A DNA stretch of 64,000 nt, from contig NC_092670.1 in the NCBI RefSeq assembly GCF_964355755.1, positions 25,158,795-25,222,794 on the forward strand. The letters run 5' to 3'. The notes under the pieces are model-generated. The model saw nothing but the letters and a program-made list of their open reading frames with translations, was not told where the DNA came from and made no database searches. Each line of letters opens with the position of its first letter. Position 1 is the stretch's first letter. The position numbers were made by a program, and so were the translations under genes. The stretch is from Antedon mediterranea. Its lineage: Eukaryota > Animalia > Echinodermata. Below are positions 24,808 through 38,400 of this stretch, one piece after another.

Positions 24808-27800
24808 ATGGAATCGTACCGGTGTCGATCGGCAGGGGTTTGTATTGTTATATCGGTAAGTAACGCACGAATTGATCTTTTCTGATTCTAAACTAACAGA
24901 CAAAGCTAGCCTAGAATACGTTCAGTTCCAATATAAAAACAGCATCGAAGTTCAATAGGTTCGTGTTGAAACGTATCCCACGATTCTTTTACTTAATAAA
25001 ACACCAACTGAGACTTGTATTGACTAAGTGTTATTGTTTGTTAATATGTTTTAGTATGTGATGTGGTATATGAATTATATACTAACATTTTCGGTAGACC
25101 TAGAGTTGCATACTCATCATAACCATATAGGAATTAGAGTTTTTATATACACTGGAATCTTTTCCTCCAAGTCGTACGTTTGAATACATTATTACCGAAG
25201 GTAATTAACATGTTAAGCCGAACACAATTATTATTTGTTTTAATATATAAATAAAGTTAGTTTTAAATGTTACAGCAAAATCGAAATGAGGGCAACACAA
25301 ATAAATAATAATGCTTAAAACGTGTCTAATCTCTACTAGGTGGTTTTAATAGCTATTTAAAGTCATTGGACCATGATAGTCTTATTATCAGTTCACAAAC
25401 CATGTTTTCATATCCGCCAGATGGTTTGAGTACGGTATCTTACGTAGATTTATCTTAAAAATCTTGCAGTGTTTTTTTGGTCAATTTACATTATGAGTTA
25501 TTTGTTTACTTTTTTTCTTTTGAGTTATAATATTATTATATATTATTAGTAATTTCCTTTCCGATAAGGTGTGTAGTGCCAATTTATGAGTAATAATAAG
25601 CCTAGGTCTATACTCCATGCTTTGTTAAACTAGTGCGCCAAATGTCCTAGAAGAATGATACATAGCATATCATAGGTGTATTACTCACTAAGCTTTTAAA
25701 AAGAATTGTTTTTTGTAGCAAAATACGATATATTAATTATTCTTCTTATTTTTACCAGGTCGTCGTATTATTTCAAGTAGCAATTGGTAAGATTATAAAT
25801 ATTAAATACAATATCAGTCCACCTTCAACATTAGTCAAAAAGCTCTAAACATGACATGGAGAGAATAGAGAAAGAAAACAATAAAACATCAATAAAAACA
25901 TTACATTAAATCCAGTTAAAGACTTGAAGATTATGTTAAGTGATCTCTTTTGGTTATAGTTTGTATGGTATCACATGCTGTGATATTTACATCAATACAT
26001 AATAGTTCAAGATAGTCACACTTGAATAAAGATAAATGTATACATAATCTTCTTAATACACAATAGTATAAGTAAACAATACACTTAGTAGCAGCAACAT
26101 TGAGTCACCGTAAAATGAAGATATCTTTATATGTTTCATTTTAAATTAACAATTGACTTAATCATTTGCAGGTGTATCTACTACAAGTTGTGATGGTTTG
26201 CAATATCAGGGTTGGTGCATTCAAATTAAGATTACAGATATAAAGTCGTACACAGAATATGCCAGCTGGAATGAGGCAGCCAAAGACTGTACAACAAACG
26301 GCCATCGATTAGTTAGCATTGAATCAGAGGACAAACTATCTGAAATACTTAAGCACTTTTCTAAAGAAACGAATAAAAATAATAGATTATATATTGGTTT
26401 GTCTCGGCAAACAGGTTTATCCAGGAACACATTGAAAAATTGGAAATGGACCTCGAATTTGTCCTTGAATTACAAAAACTGGGGAACCGGTGACCCTAAT
26501 TTTGGTAATAGTGAATGTGCTGGAGCATTGTTATCAAATGGCAAGTTTTTGGATCTTGGCTGTGATGAGAAAACTGCACAAATTGGCCTAACGTACATCT
26601 ACGAATTTCCAATAGGTAAGTTTAATTTGTTTTACTTAATACAATAAATTACAGTAATATCTTCTTCTTTACAAACATAAATAAGCTATTCAATTAAATC
26701 AATCAATCTTTATTGCAATTAGATATCAAAGTCTATTTTTTTAATAAAATAAAACGATGTAGAATCGAAAGTCAATGTTGTACTTTTAACGTAATGTACA
26801 GTACGGTCTCGTAATGATCTTTCATGTTTCATTATTATTTGTTTGTTTTTTTTTTGTTATAGAAAATGCGATTGTCACAACAGTAGAGTTTTCAACGACC
26901 TCATCTGTACCAACAACCACGTATGAAGCAACAACTTATATACCAACACAAGAGTATGGACCAACTGGATATATACCAGTAACAGAGTATGGACCACTAA
27001 CAATGGAGTATCAACCAACAACTGCTGACTCAACAACATTAGAAGACGGAGAAGCTGAAGACGAGTTAACAATACTCAGAAATGTAAAAAGAATTTAAAT
27101 AATTAATTCAAGTTCGTGCTATGATTTTGCTAAAAATAGTAACAAATACAAACATTGAATTATTAAAGTCTGTTTGAAAATGTCAATCACGCCTACGACT
27201 ACAAACATGAAACTATTGTAACCTTGTAGAACAGTACTGATAATATTCTTAATGTGACCAATGACAAGCGATGACTTGAATGTGTTCGGATGAGCCATCA
27301 CCTGTGGTTGATCAAAAGACCTGCGCTGCGCGCACGTCCTCCCTGCGTTTCCTAAAGAACCAAACCAAGGTAAACATATTAATTGAAAGTTTATTGAATT
27401 TTTACAGACACCGGTTACCACTGATAACGTTGAAGATGTATCAAAACAATTGGAAAAAGCTACCGAAACCGCTAGTCCAAGCGATAACGAAAACACAATA
27501 ACTGCATCTGCATATATACTCGAAGAAATTGTCAGCTTGAATTCTACATCAAGTAAGGTAAAGACAAATTTGCCCTTAAAAACTATCAATCAGACTACGT
27601 AATCCTCAACTGTCATATATTTATTAGGAATTTACCATTTCATAAAATTTCCATTTCCAGGTTACGACGGCAGTTGCAGCAACAGTTAACAATCTATTAG
27701 AAAGCAGTAATAAAGTGGTAGATGTATCTGACGATTCCCGTTCAGCCTCCTCCACAGTCGTACAGTCGTTAGAGGAACAGCTATCGACAGTTGCTTCTGC

Positions 27801-30800
27801 TGGCCTCAGTTACAATTTCAGCCGTGAGAACTTAAACATAGAGGTCGTGCAGTTGCAAGACGATTTTGCCTCAAATGGTATTGTATTTTACTCTGATGAT
27901 TCTTCTGCAGCCGTTGTTCCATTTGAAAAACACTCTACTGGCGATCTCGAAACCTCATTGACATTACCGGCTGAAGTTTATGATGGAGTTCTTGCAAAAA
28001 ATGAAACAATACAAGGAGTATTTGTTTATTATAAAGAATCCAATCTGTTTCCAGTATCCACTGACAACAGTCAAAGAAACTGGAAAGTTGCAAGTGGGGT
28101 CATATCTGCCACTTTACATGGGTTACACTCAAGCGTATTTAATGAACCAGTTGTTGGAGTTTTTACAATAACAGTAAGTGAAAATCATGCCTTGAAATTC
28201 AATTAAAACCTTGCTGATGCTGCGCATAAGTGCACTTCACGAAACAATCTTGAGGATTTTACAATGATTTGTTATGCTTTATCCTGCTTTATTTCCATTA
28301 AGTCATCTTAAGTAACACTTTTATACGTACATAATGTTTAATCGTATTTGTATGAGGAAGAATCTGTTGATAAATAGAGTTGAATTGAATTGAATTACAA
28401 CTCATCCGTGCATCCACGTTATGAGCTATGAATGGATTGATCAATTTACTTTTGGTTTATTAGTTCTTGAATCACCTGTTAATTTGATAGTAAAATTTAG
28501 CAATTCATAAATAGGTACAAGCACTAAAATTATGTTTGTTTTCTAGGAAAACATTTCAGTATCTGAAGACACAGTAAAATGTGTATATTGGGATTTTGAA
28601 CTTCAAGACGGTATTGGGGATTGGTCGGATAAAGGTTGTCATTACAATTCAACGAAAAACGGACGTGTCAACTGTCATTGTAACCATCTTACCAACTTTG
28701 CTGTTTTAGTGGTAAGACGTGTTAATAGCCTTTTATTATGTAACGTGTGTTATGGTCGTTTTTTCCTGTGGCATGATAGTTTACACGCCAATCATTTTAC
28801 CCTTCGTACCTTTCTTCCGGTCATACTATTTTCTCATGTCAATTTATTAGCTAATTTACACAATCGGATGCTTGTCATGTTATAGGCCTACTATTACACA
28901 TGCAATGAATACATACTTAGGGCCTATGCGTAATAAACAAAGTCTACGCGGAAATGGTTGTATACAACAAATTGTCTGTTTGCGGTTACGGAAAAATATG
29001 ACAAATGAATTGGTAATTAAAGATAATCACATTACAGTATAGGCCTATATTATAGTGTTAACCACGTTTGGAAACAATGAAACTCCAATCCAAATTTATG
29101 TAACAATAATGATGTCATGCTGAGAAGATTGAGTGTGGGGACAACAATTGTGAGAGTCATTCTGATTCGTTCATCTTTGAATATTCAATTTTGCATTACA
29201 AAAATTGTAGGAGACTCGATTGTAGAAATGAGCCTTCTATTATACCGACTGCCGTGGAGGCAGCAAGCGTCAGGATGGAGTATTTAATCAAATAATGCAC
29301 ACACTGGACATGTTAATTTGCATATTATTTATATTTGCAATACTAAGAATAACCTGAATCTAATTACTAGAATAATAATCTGTTATAATTTTTGTTTATT
29401 GAATTGGTTTAAAGACTTATACATGCATCGTTTAGTAAACCATTAGTAAGATCCCATTGTAGCCTTTTTTATAATAAATAATCCATGTTTTTGTTAGGAT
29501 CATCAGGGACAAACTCCTATTGATAGCACGAAAAGTGACGTGTTAACAATGCTAAGCCTGATTGGTTGCTTTGTGTCACTTATAGCATTGATTTTAACAA
29601 TATTCACACAGATATATATGCGATGTGTCTTGCCATTTTCAAGGTAAGCCGCTGAGCCTTATTTCAAATTATTAGGTGTGTATTTTCACCCTAATTTATT
29701 GCATTTTTATTGCATTTTATTATTATATTTAAAATAAAGACTTTTATTGATTATTGTCTGAACATTAACCTATGACAAAATAATAATGATAAAGATAATA
29801 ACAAATGGATAGTTGATTTAATATGTTTACGTAACTACAAAACAGGTAATGTGCATCTCGCTTTAAGAACATGCGCAGATGATGTTTACACCCTTCACCC
29901 TGTAACACAGTGTTATTTAATTTTGTTCATTTATGTTATTGTTTTTGCAGAGAACAACATTTAGTTCGTCCCAGGTTGATATTGATCAACTTTGCTATAT
30001 CTCTATTTTTTCTTTACCTTATCTTCGTTGTTGGCATTGACCAGACAGACAACGCTGACATCTGCGTCATAATCTCTGGTCTACTTCACTACTTTACAAT
30101 TTCATCATTATCATGGATGACAGTGCAAGCAGTCAATATATACGTATCGTTGGTAAGAATATTTCCAACGTACGTAAATAAATTCAAGTTTAAAGCCTAC
30201 GTCTTTGGATGGGGTATGTATACACTTTTGCTCAACAGTAATTTAAAATGTGTATGTTTTCATCTACCTTTCAATTTGTTAAACAAGTAAACCGTGATAT
30301 TTTTAAAATATGCAGATCAATCAAAACAATTATGCACCCAAATTAAAGAACTCTTTCAATAAAACCCGATTTTTATTTTACCTTTTAGGGTTTCCTTTAA
30401 TTCCAGTGGTGACATCATTATGTTTAAGTATAGATAGTTATTCAACTGAACACTAGTAAGTTAAAAATATTGTTATCGCATTATAAGTTCATAATACGTT
30501 TATAAACTGGTGATGAATAATTTAAACCCGGAATTGCCCTATAAATCAAACGCAAACTTGTACTGTAAATTAATTATTAAATAATATTAAAGGACAGCTC
30601 CATGAATATTGCTTGGTTAGTAACGCAACGACGACGTATGCACAATGCAAGTGAGTTGACCAATCAGAGCGACAATTCGGATTCGGATTTGATGATTGTC
30701 AAATTCTTGCGTTATATCTACGTTGTGTGCCGTTGCGTCCAAGCTTTACATTTCAGTACAGTTGACACGTCTTCATGCTCATTTACTTATTGTTTACCTT

Positions 30801-31325
30801 TATTTATTAAATCTTTACATTTTATTTTCATACAGCTGTTTCTTGAAACCAGGTCCTGTATTATACTTTGGCAATCTTGCGGTAATCGGAGTTTTGTTTC
30901 TCAATAACTTCATCATTTTCATTCTCGTCATACGAGTAATTCTCTGTTCAAACAATCACAGAGCAGCAAGAATACAGGATAAGGGAAAGATTACAATTGC
31001 CAAAGAACAAGCTGTGACTGCCATCGGCCTCTCCATATTGTTAGGCCTCACCTGGATTTTCGGGTTTGCAGTCATGGCTGGTGGTTCATCCGTCAAGTTT
31101 TATTCGCAGCTTTTATTTTGTATATTTAATTCTTTTCAAGGCTTGTTTGTCTTTCTATTTTTCGCTGTTCGTACTGGTGATTTAAAACAGTTTATGTGCT
31201 GTTTTCTGAATTGTTTAATTTGTCGCGGACAATCGTATCGTCGTAACAATCGGTACGAGATTGCTGGGTCTCATGATACTGCTGGAGATAATAGCGCGCC
31301 AATGACGAACAATACAGACGTTTAG
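24808..31325 (+). CDS. Adhesion GPCR with C-type lectin domain, Thr-rich stalk, GAIN/GPS and 7TM; exons 24808-24855, 25759-25786, 26172-26615, 26863-27083, 27408-27557, 27661-28173, 28547-28711, 29498-29643, 29951-30213, 30389-30455, 30836-31325
   Basis: CTLD (SWNEAAKDC..LVSIES..YIGL..YKNWGTGDPN); GPS CVYWDF..WSDKGC..CHCNHL/TNFAVLV; family-B TMs (LIGCFVS, LINFAISL, LLHYF..SWM, GWGFP, LLGLTWIFG, FNSFQGLFVF). Phases consistent. Confidence 0.92.
30620..30745. mobile_element. Short palindromic MITE-like repeat
   Basis: ACGCAACG..TTGACCAATC..GATTG.TCAA..CGTTGCGT; related copy at about 31433-31566. Confidence 0.55.
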
Positions 31326-31432
31326 TATAACTGTGATAACTGACGGAACGGTGTTTTTTTAAAAAATTGTGATTCCATAAACAATTTCATATCATAAGTG
31401 TGTTAATTTCTTTCTAAGTCTTTTTTTCGCAC

Positions 31433-31566
31433 CTGGGCGCAACTCAACGACGTAGGCCCAAACGCAAATTGAATTGACCAATTACAAGCGACAGTTCGGA
31501 TTATCCATCTCGTCGTGATTGTTCAAATTACTTGCGGTGTGGTGACGTCCTTGCGTTGCGTCCAAA
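31433..31566. mobile_element. Second copy of the short palindromic MITE-like repeat
   Basis: Colinear with 30620-30745. Confidence 0.55.
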
Positions 31567-32457
31567 GTAGACCCAATGGGGACATGACCTCCGTGATGGG
31601 AACAAAGCTATAGTTACTTAGTTGGCTTTATTTTCTTTTGTTAGCTATGTATTATATGATATGAAATGATGTTTGATGTTTAATTGTAAAATATAGCTTA
31701 TGTCAACATCGCATTTGAAGGATGGAGAGGAGTGCGATATTAGTTCTACTTGGTAAATAGTAGTAGGTCTATTTGTACAATAAATTGCTGTAGTTATACT
31801 AACTAAATGAATTCATGGTTTGTCGATATGTAATCATAAACAACCCCCTCTATCACAGATAATTGATTCAAGAAAGTTTTTAGACTATTCCATATTACAA
31901 TGGGTAGTTTTTTTCCGCGTTATTGAGTGTGTGTATGAATTAAGAAAAAGAATGATTCATTTATTATTTTCATTCATATGACAACTTAAATCAAAATTTA
32001 CATGAATATATACGTTGAATTACAATTATTTTATTTATTCAGATTAGTTATATTTTTGTAAACAAAAATCGTGTAAACTATAAATGGTGTAGCCTGTTTT
32101 ATCATGCTTGAGTGAGCTGTCTTTGCTTGTGTCTTGTGCTTAGCCATTTATTTGAAGATCTCCTCTGGAAACTTGGAGGCAAGTTTCATCACAATGTAAT
32201 AATGGACTAAGCCTAATTGATATTTAATGAAAGAAATACTTTTTAATACATTAAACTGGAAAGTTATGACTCCAAAGACGTTTTGCTTCGCCTGATTTTG
32301 CTAAAATCAACTCGGACGTGCCTACCACCTGGGCTGGGCCTCAGCCAGCAGAGACAATCACTGTACTGGAAGCCTGGCAAGGTTAGGTAGGCTTTACCCT
32401 GCTGACTCGTCCAGGCCTTACAATTGTACAGAAACCTTGATTGACTTATTGTTCGAA

Positions 32458-35400
32458 ATGGCTTCAACAAGAAATTTTATGCTAGATAAATACTTTAAAG
32501 AAATGAACCAAGCAAAGGCTCAAGTGGAAGGAGGTACAGTATATGATTCATGCACGATGATTGCAATTCATTATGATTATTTGGGCAATTTATTATAATA
32601 ATTTTCATATTATTGATATATTTATTATTAATATTGATAATAATTAATATACTGTTGTTAATATTGGTACTGTCTGCACCTGGGTACAGTGTGTGTGTTG
32701 CAATGTATTCCACTACTCTGTTTGACTACTGTATGTTAATCATAAATTGTGGTCATTTTATTGCTACCACATTTTATTTGAGTCTATTTAAGACCATTGA
32801 TTGTAAATAACAGATGTATTAAAGAAAATAAAATTTATTTCATTAATTTATTTTTAATTGGATTTGTAACCTGTAATTTGATTGCACCTTTTTTCACAGT
32901 AAGGAATTAAAATTGGTCAAAATGTCTGAGATGATGGCCTTATGGCAATACAAAAATGGGGATGTAAAAGTGAACAAGAGTTGGGTAGAACATCTTTATT
33001 CCAAGGACTTAATATTGATACTACTAATTGTTAAGTTACTTACTTTAGGGTTGTTTCATTTATTTTATTTACCATTACAAAATAAGGTCGTTGCTTTAAA
33101 ACTTTAACTCTAGTTCCAGTTTAAAACATAATTTAAAGAAACCACCTTTTTTTTCTTGACCTCTGATGTGATTTAGTAGCCTAACTGGTAACTGCTTTTT
33201 GATTTTTTTCCAAACTACAAAATGTAGCTATAGCAATTTTAAACTGTTTTGATAGTTATTAACTTTGCCATGCAAACATAATTTGTTGTTACATGCAGAA
33301 GTCAAACTGTTCCACTTGATTGCTTTTCATTCAACTACCTAAAATCTTTTTATCAGGCAAAGTGATTTTTTCTCGCTTGTTCAGCGTGAATAGTCAATGA
33401 CAAAACGAAACGTGTTGTTCTTAGAGTTTTTCTTACGCTGTTTACTTTCATTTTCAGTATTAAGTGTATATAAGGCCTGGGCCATAAATTATCGATCAGG
33501 TAGTTGTAAAATTTATAAATTCCTGTATATATTAAGAAATTATCATTGCCACAAATTTGCTATAACTAGAATTAGTAATGCCCAGTAAATGAGAAGTGAC
33601 TCTTGAAGAGTTTGTGTATGAGTTTGTTTTTTTTCTTTTGAGATTAAAACAACATTACTCTTCACTTTTTTCCAACTATTGTAGTATAATTAATCGAAAC
33701 TTAAGATTCCAGGTTCATATCTAGAATAGGAAACTAAATTTTTTCGCTCATCTTCACTGTTTATTAATTTATTTCCAGTATATCACTGAGTGGTTTATAT
33801 GCCTGTAGATTTAGATGGCTCTGAAATAAAACAGTTTTTGTGTGCATTTACTCAACAAAATCATCATCATCTTCCTTTATTGTGCATAAACTTCATTGAA
33901 TATAGTCACTGCAATTTAACCCTTTCATCATATTTATATTGTCATCCAGTGGAGGAGCCAGAAAGATAAAAACATTTAGATAAATAAATGACTCAAGTTA
34001 AACTTTCAACATTTTATTTACACACACAACGGATTGTTTCATGAAGGTGATAAAAACCACTCTTCAATCATCAGGTGTTAAATTGTCAAATTGATTGAAA
34101 TTTTGTTATAATATCGGTAATTCCCAAATTAATTTCTGAACGTAGGGGAATGAGCTGTTAGGAGGTAGGTGGTATGTGGTAGGGTGGCCAGTTCCTTTCC
34201 ATGCCACCTTATCCTCCTAGTATTTTTAACCAGGTACTCATTTACAGCTGAGTACAGTAGACTGGGAGTTGTCAGGAATTGAACCCTACTAGGTCTTTTT
34301 GTATGACAGTCAAGTGTCCTAACCACTCAGCTACCCATGGATGATTTAATAGGGGGTGTGCCGAGGAGCCCATTTCTAAATCTGACAACTGTATATGTTT
34401 GCAGAAAAGGTGGAATTTGTAATTAAATGGCCTGTGTTATTAATATTGATTCTTGGTGAATCTCGAATAAACTCTTAAAAAAAGAGCATGCTAAAAACTG
34501 TACAAGCAGCACCTAAAGTCATTAACTCATGGGCAATTAAATTACTCAACCAAATTAATCATACATAAACGAAACTCTTTGAATACATTAGTCATTAGTT
34601 CAGCCTTGTATACCCGACACAAACAGCTTTAAACCTAGGTTTAAGTTTAACAATAAATTGAGATTAAGGTATTGTGTTGTGTCACAATTGTTTCCTTGAT
34701 GTTTTGTTTTATAATAGGCTCATGTGTCAGGTTTACAGCTTAGATTTGTGCATGTTATTGTAGAGTCGATCTTACTATTTCAGCTTCACCTTATTGTGTT
34801 TCTTCATTAGCAATTGTAGGTGTCAACATGGCCATTTTACACTTTGTGTGTGTTTTTGTAAACAAGTACCTTGCAGGACAAGAAATGTAAAAACACTGGA
34901 TGATGTAATTGTAAGCTAGTCTGATTCTATACGATGATTACTTTTTTGGTCTGATGGGATCTGGTTCCTTACCCATTAATTAATAATTCCTCAAAAAATA
35001 TTATAGATTTTCTTCTGTGTCATGCATGTACACTTTTCCCACTTGTTGAGTAAAGTGTGCTCTTAGAGTGCTGTCCTTATTAAAATCTCTGTAGAGAGTA
35101 TTCATGCAAATACTATGCTGTCACTATACTACACTTGACTTTATAAGAACATACAGTACAGTACTTTAGAACACTCAGAGATAAGAAAACAAGATGGAAA
35201 ACTTGCATGTTTATCTATGCAAGTCTAATTCTTTATTATGCATGTTGAGGCATGGCCTCTTAAAAGGTTTTTGGTACAATATATGTCTGTGCGCGTACTG
35301 TACATGTTCTCTTGTTAAACAAGGCCTTACAAGAATTCTATTTTGACAAAACATGTAGGAAGTACTGTTAGGAACTTGCTTTATACCAAGCTTGAAAAAT

Positions 35401-38400
35401 TGTACTGATTGCACAGAAATGTCTTAATATTCTGCACATAGTTTACTTATCTAAAACTGTTTTGCATAAGCATAAGAGACAGGATGGTATATTATTGACA
35501 TGAAACTGGAACACAGCATGCCAATATTATATTATCTATCATTTTAATATTACTCAATATAGGCTAGCATTATAACGAACCATAGGTGGGCCATTAAACA
35601 CATTCCTACTCAGGTAGGAGCTCTCATGAGAATGCACCTTGATGCTCTCAGGTGGTGTGTGTTATCTTGGTAATTCCCACAACAAAATCATTGGCTTGCT
35701 CCGTGTACAGGTAGGTAGTAAAATAATGTGATCTGGTAGAAATCATGGTTCGCACGATATTAATCAGTTTAAATAGGAAAAATGTATGAAGTTTTTCAAT
35801 TAGGATATAAAGTAATTGCTGATAAATAAATGATAAATCATCTAAATAAACTCAAATTTTATAAGTTTAGTTTCATAAAGTAATTTTTTATAAGGAGCTT
35901 TTGTAACTATTAGCTGTTGTGATATACCAACATGATAGAATGACAGCTTCAGAGTCAAGTCGCCATTTAAAACCTGAAACACTGAATACGACCCTTTTTT
36001 TGGATCCAAATTAAAATTGCCAAATTTAGTATTTAAACAAAATGACAAAATTTGATGAGAGAGGGGACATGAAACTACCATTGTTTAATAATCTATTTAT
36101 CTAATGTGTACTATAACCCTATCATGGTTTTTACATTGAATACAGTAGGTGCGTATCTGATCAAAGACAGTTGTGCGTGTGTATACAGAAAAGACGAGAG
36201 ATAAGCAGTTTTCAAAAAATCTATAATAAAGTTTTTTGCAATGTCTGTAACCTTCCTTCTAGCATTGAATTAACCTTAGTGAAAGAACCTTACCTCATGC
36301 CTGAAGGCAAGCTTTTATATTGACTCTTGGAGATAAATCCCCCCTGAAGGGGGTTAGGGGTCCCACCTGTGTTGCTCTCTTTATTGACCCTAACACCTGC
36401 CTGCCAAATGGGTGTTTGTTTTAATTTAGAGCATCTTCATTAGGACACAACATACTAGATTGGTAGATTCTCCGAAATGACATATTTTAAAATTATTTTA
36501 TAGAAAAGTATACAGACGTGAAGTACATTTTGAATGAATGATTATTTTAATTGACATTTAAAAAAATGTAAAACATATTTTTATAGGTTTATGATTAATA
36601 AAAAAATTTATAATGTGTTATTGATAGCAAGAGGTCCTCGTAAAACATATTTTGACCAACATCATTGTAACTTGTTCTACGTGATATTATTCAATAAAAT
36701 TTGACAGCTACACAACTTTGAACAGTAATTTATAACATTAAGTGGAAATGAAAACCTACATAATCATTCTAAATCTTTCAATTCCATTTGAAATTGAAGG
36801 CAAGAAATATTTGATAAACATTTCATAATAAAAGTAATAACAGGAAACAGGACCATCACAGATTTCCTTATAGTGTATAAATGAATTGATAATTAATTCA
36901 TGTATAGTATACTGTATGACTAGATGATGGTTTTTCTCTGTCTTATACCTGTCAAATTTATATATACAGTACAGTACATCAATAATGGATTTATAAAGTT
37001 TATAAATGAACAATTACTGTAAGGACTGCTAAAATAATATAAATGTTAAAAATGTATTATTACTGGTCCTCAAGTCTAACTGGAAACTGAGGAAATTCGG
37101 ATTAGGCCCTACATGGACCCACGGCAGCCAGCAGTGCAGTGCCTACCAGATCAGCACACCGAGAGACAATCCCCTAATTTTGTTGAATAGTATACCTTAC
37201 GGGACCAAGGGATTTACATCCCATCCGAAGGACGGGGCAATGAGAGTAAAGCATCTTGCCTAAGGATGCAATTAGTATGGTACAGATAACTTCGAACCCA
37301 TGCCTATCACATGCTAGTCCGATATTACCATTACACCACCATCACTCTCTGGTGTAGCCTATATACTGCACCCGCCGCTATTTCCAGACGGTCTCCCATC
37401 CAGAACGCAAACGGGCCCAACGTTGCTTAACTTCGGTGATCTGACCAGAACCCGTGTTTCAACGCAGTATGGCCGTATAATAATAATATCTCGTTCACAT
37501 CGCCTAGGATCTAGGAAAACTGGCCGTCACCACCGGCGTTTTCATGGCCCGGTGTGTGTAAAATTCATAATTTTTCAAGGCAATGTAAAAAAAATTAGTG
37601 TAAAACTTAAAAGCGAAATAATAGTCTTATTGTAACTACAGTAGGTATGTACTGTAGTCTACAGGTTCCAGACAGGTTTGACTTAATATTAGTAAATAGA
37701 TAAATATTTTGGCACATATGGTGTTTCATACTACTACTACCAAAACTACTGCTCATTCAGACAAAAATTAAAATGCCCACCGGTGAACTAACATAAAAAA
37801 GACAATAACTACAGACTTTGAGGAAAGTCTATAGGTATGTATGGTGTGGGCTCTTTATCACTTTCTTCATCTTCTTCATGTAGTAACTACTGTATCAGTG
37901 ACACTTTAATTATGTGACCAGGTGGAAGATGTCACTACTTGATGTGTTCCACTCAAATGACATTATAGCCATGAAAACTATCTTGTTTGCCTTATGCAAC
38001 CAATAAGTTGCTGTTGGCAATGTTATTATTTAAGTTGAATGACCGCTTAACATTGACCGTTTTAAAATGTGTTGATTGACCCAAATGCAGATCAGCAGCA
38101 GCAGAAGTGGAACCAAATGCTGTAAAAATAGTAAAGTTTTAGTACTGTCTGGACAATCGGACAAGAATAGAAATTTAATTTAGTAGTTAACTGACATAAT
38201 TGATATATAAACATAGGTCACAGATTCATACATTTTGTTTAAAGGGTCTTTCACACCGGTTCTGGTTCGGCGAATCGAATGTCAATGTTTCGTTTTCACA
38301 TTATAAAAATAAGTTTAATAGCGACTACATTTATGCTAAATGTGTGCTCCCAAATAACCATTTAAAGTCAGCGAGTAGTTGTCGAAAAAAAGGTTTTAGT

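Noticed and set aside
27119-27589. 156-aa minus-strand ORF
   Set aside because: Antisense shadow of a GPCR exon.
37356-37480. Functional 5S rRNA gene
   Set aside because: Solitary, with multiple substitutions and indels and no T-run terminator.
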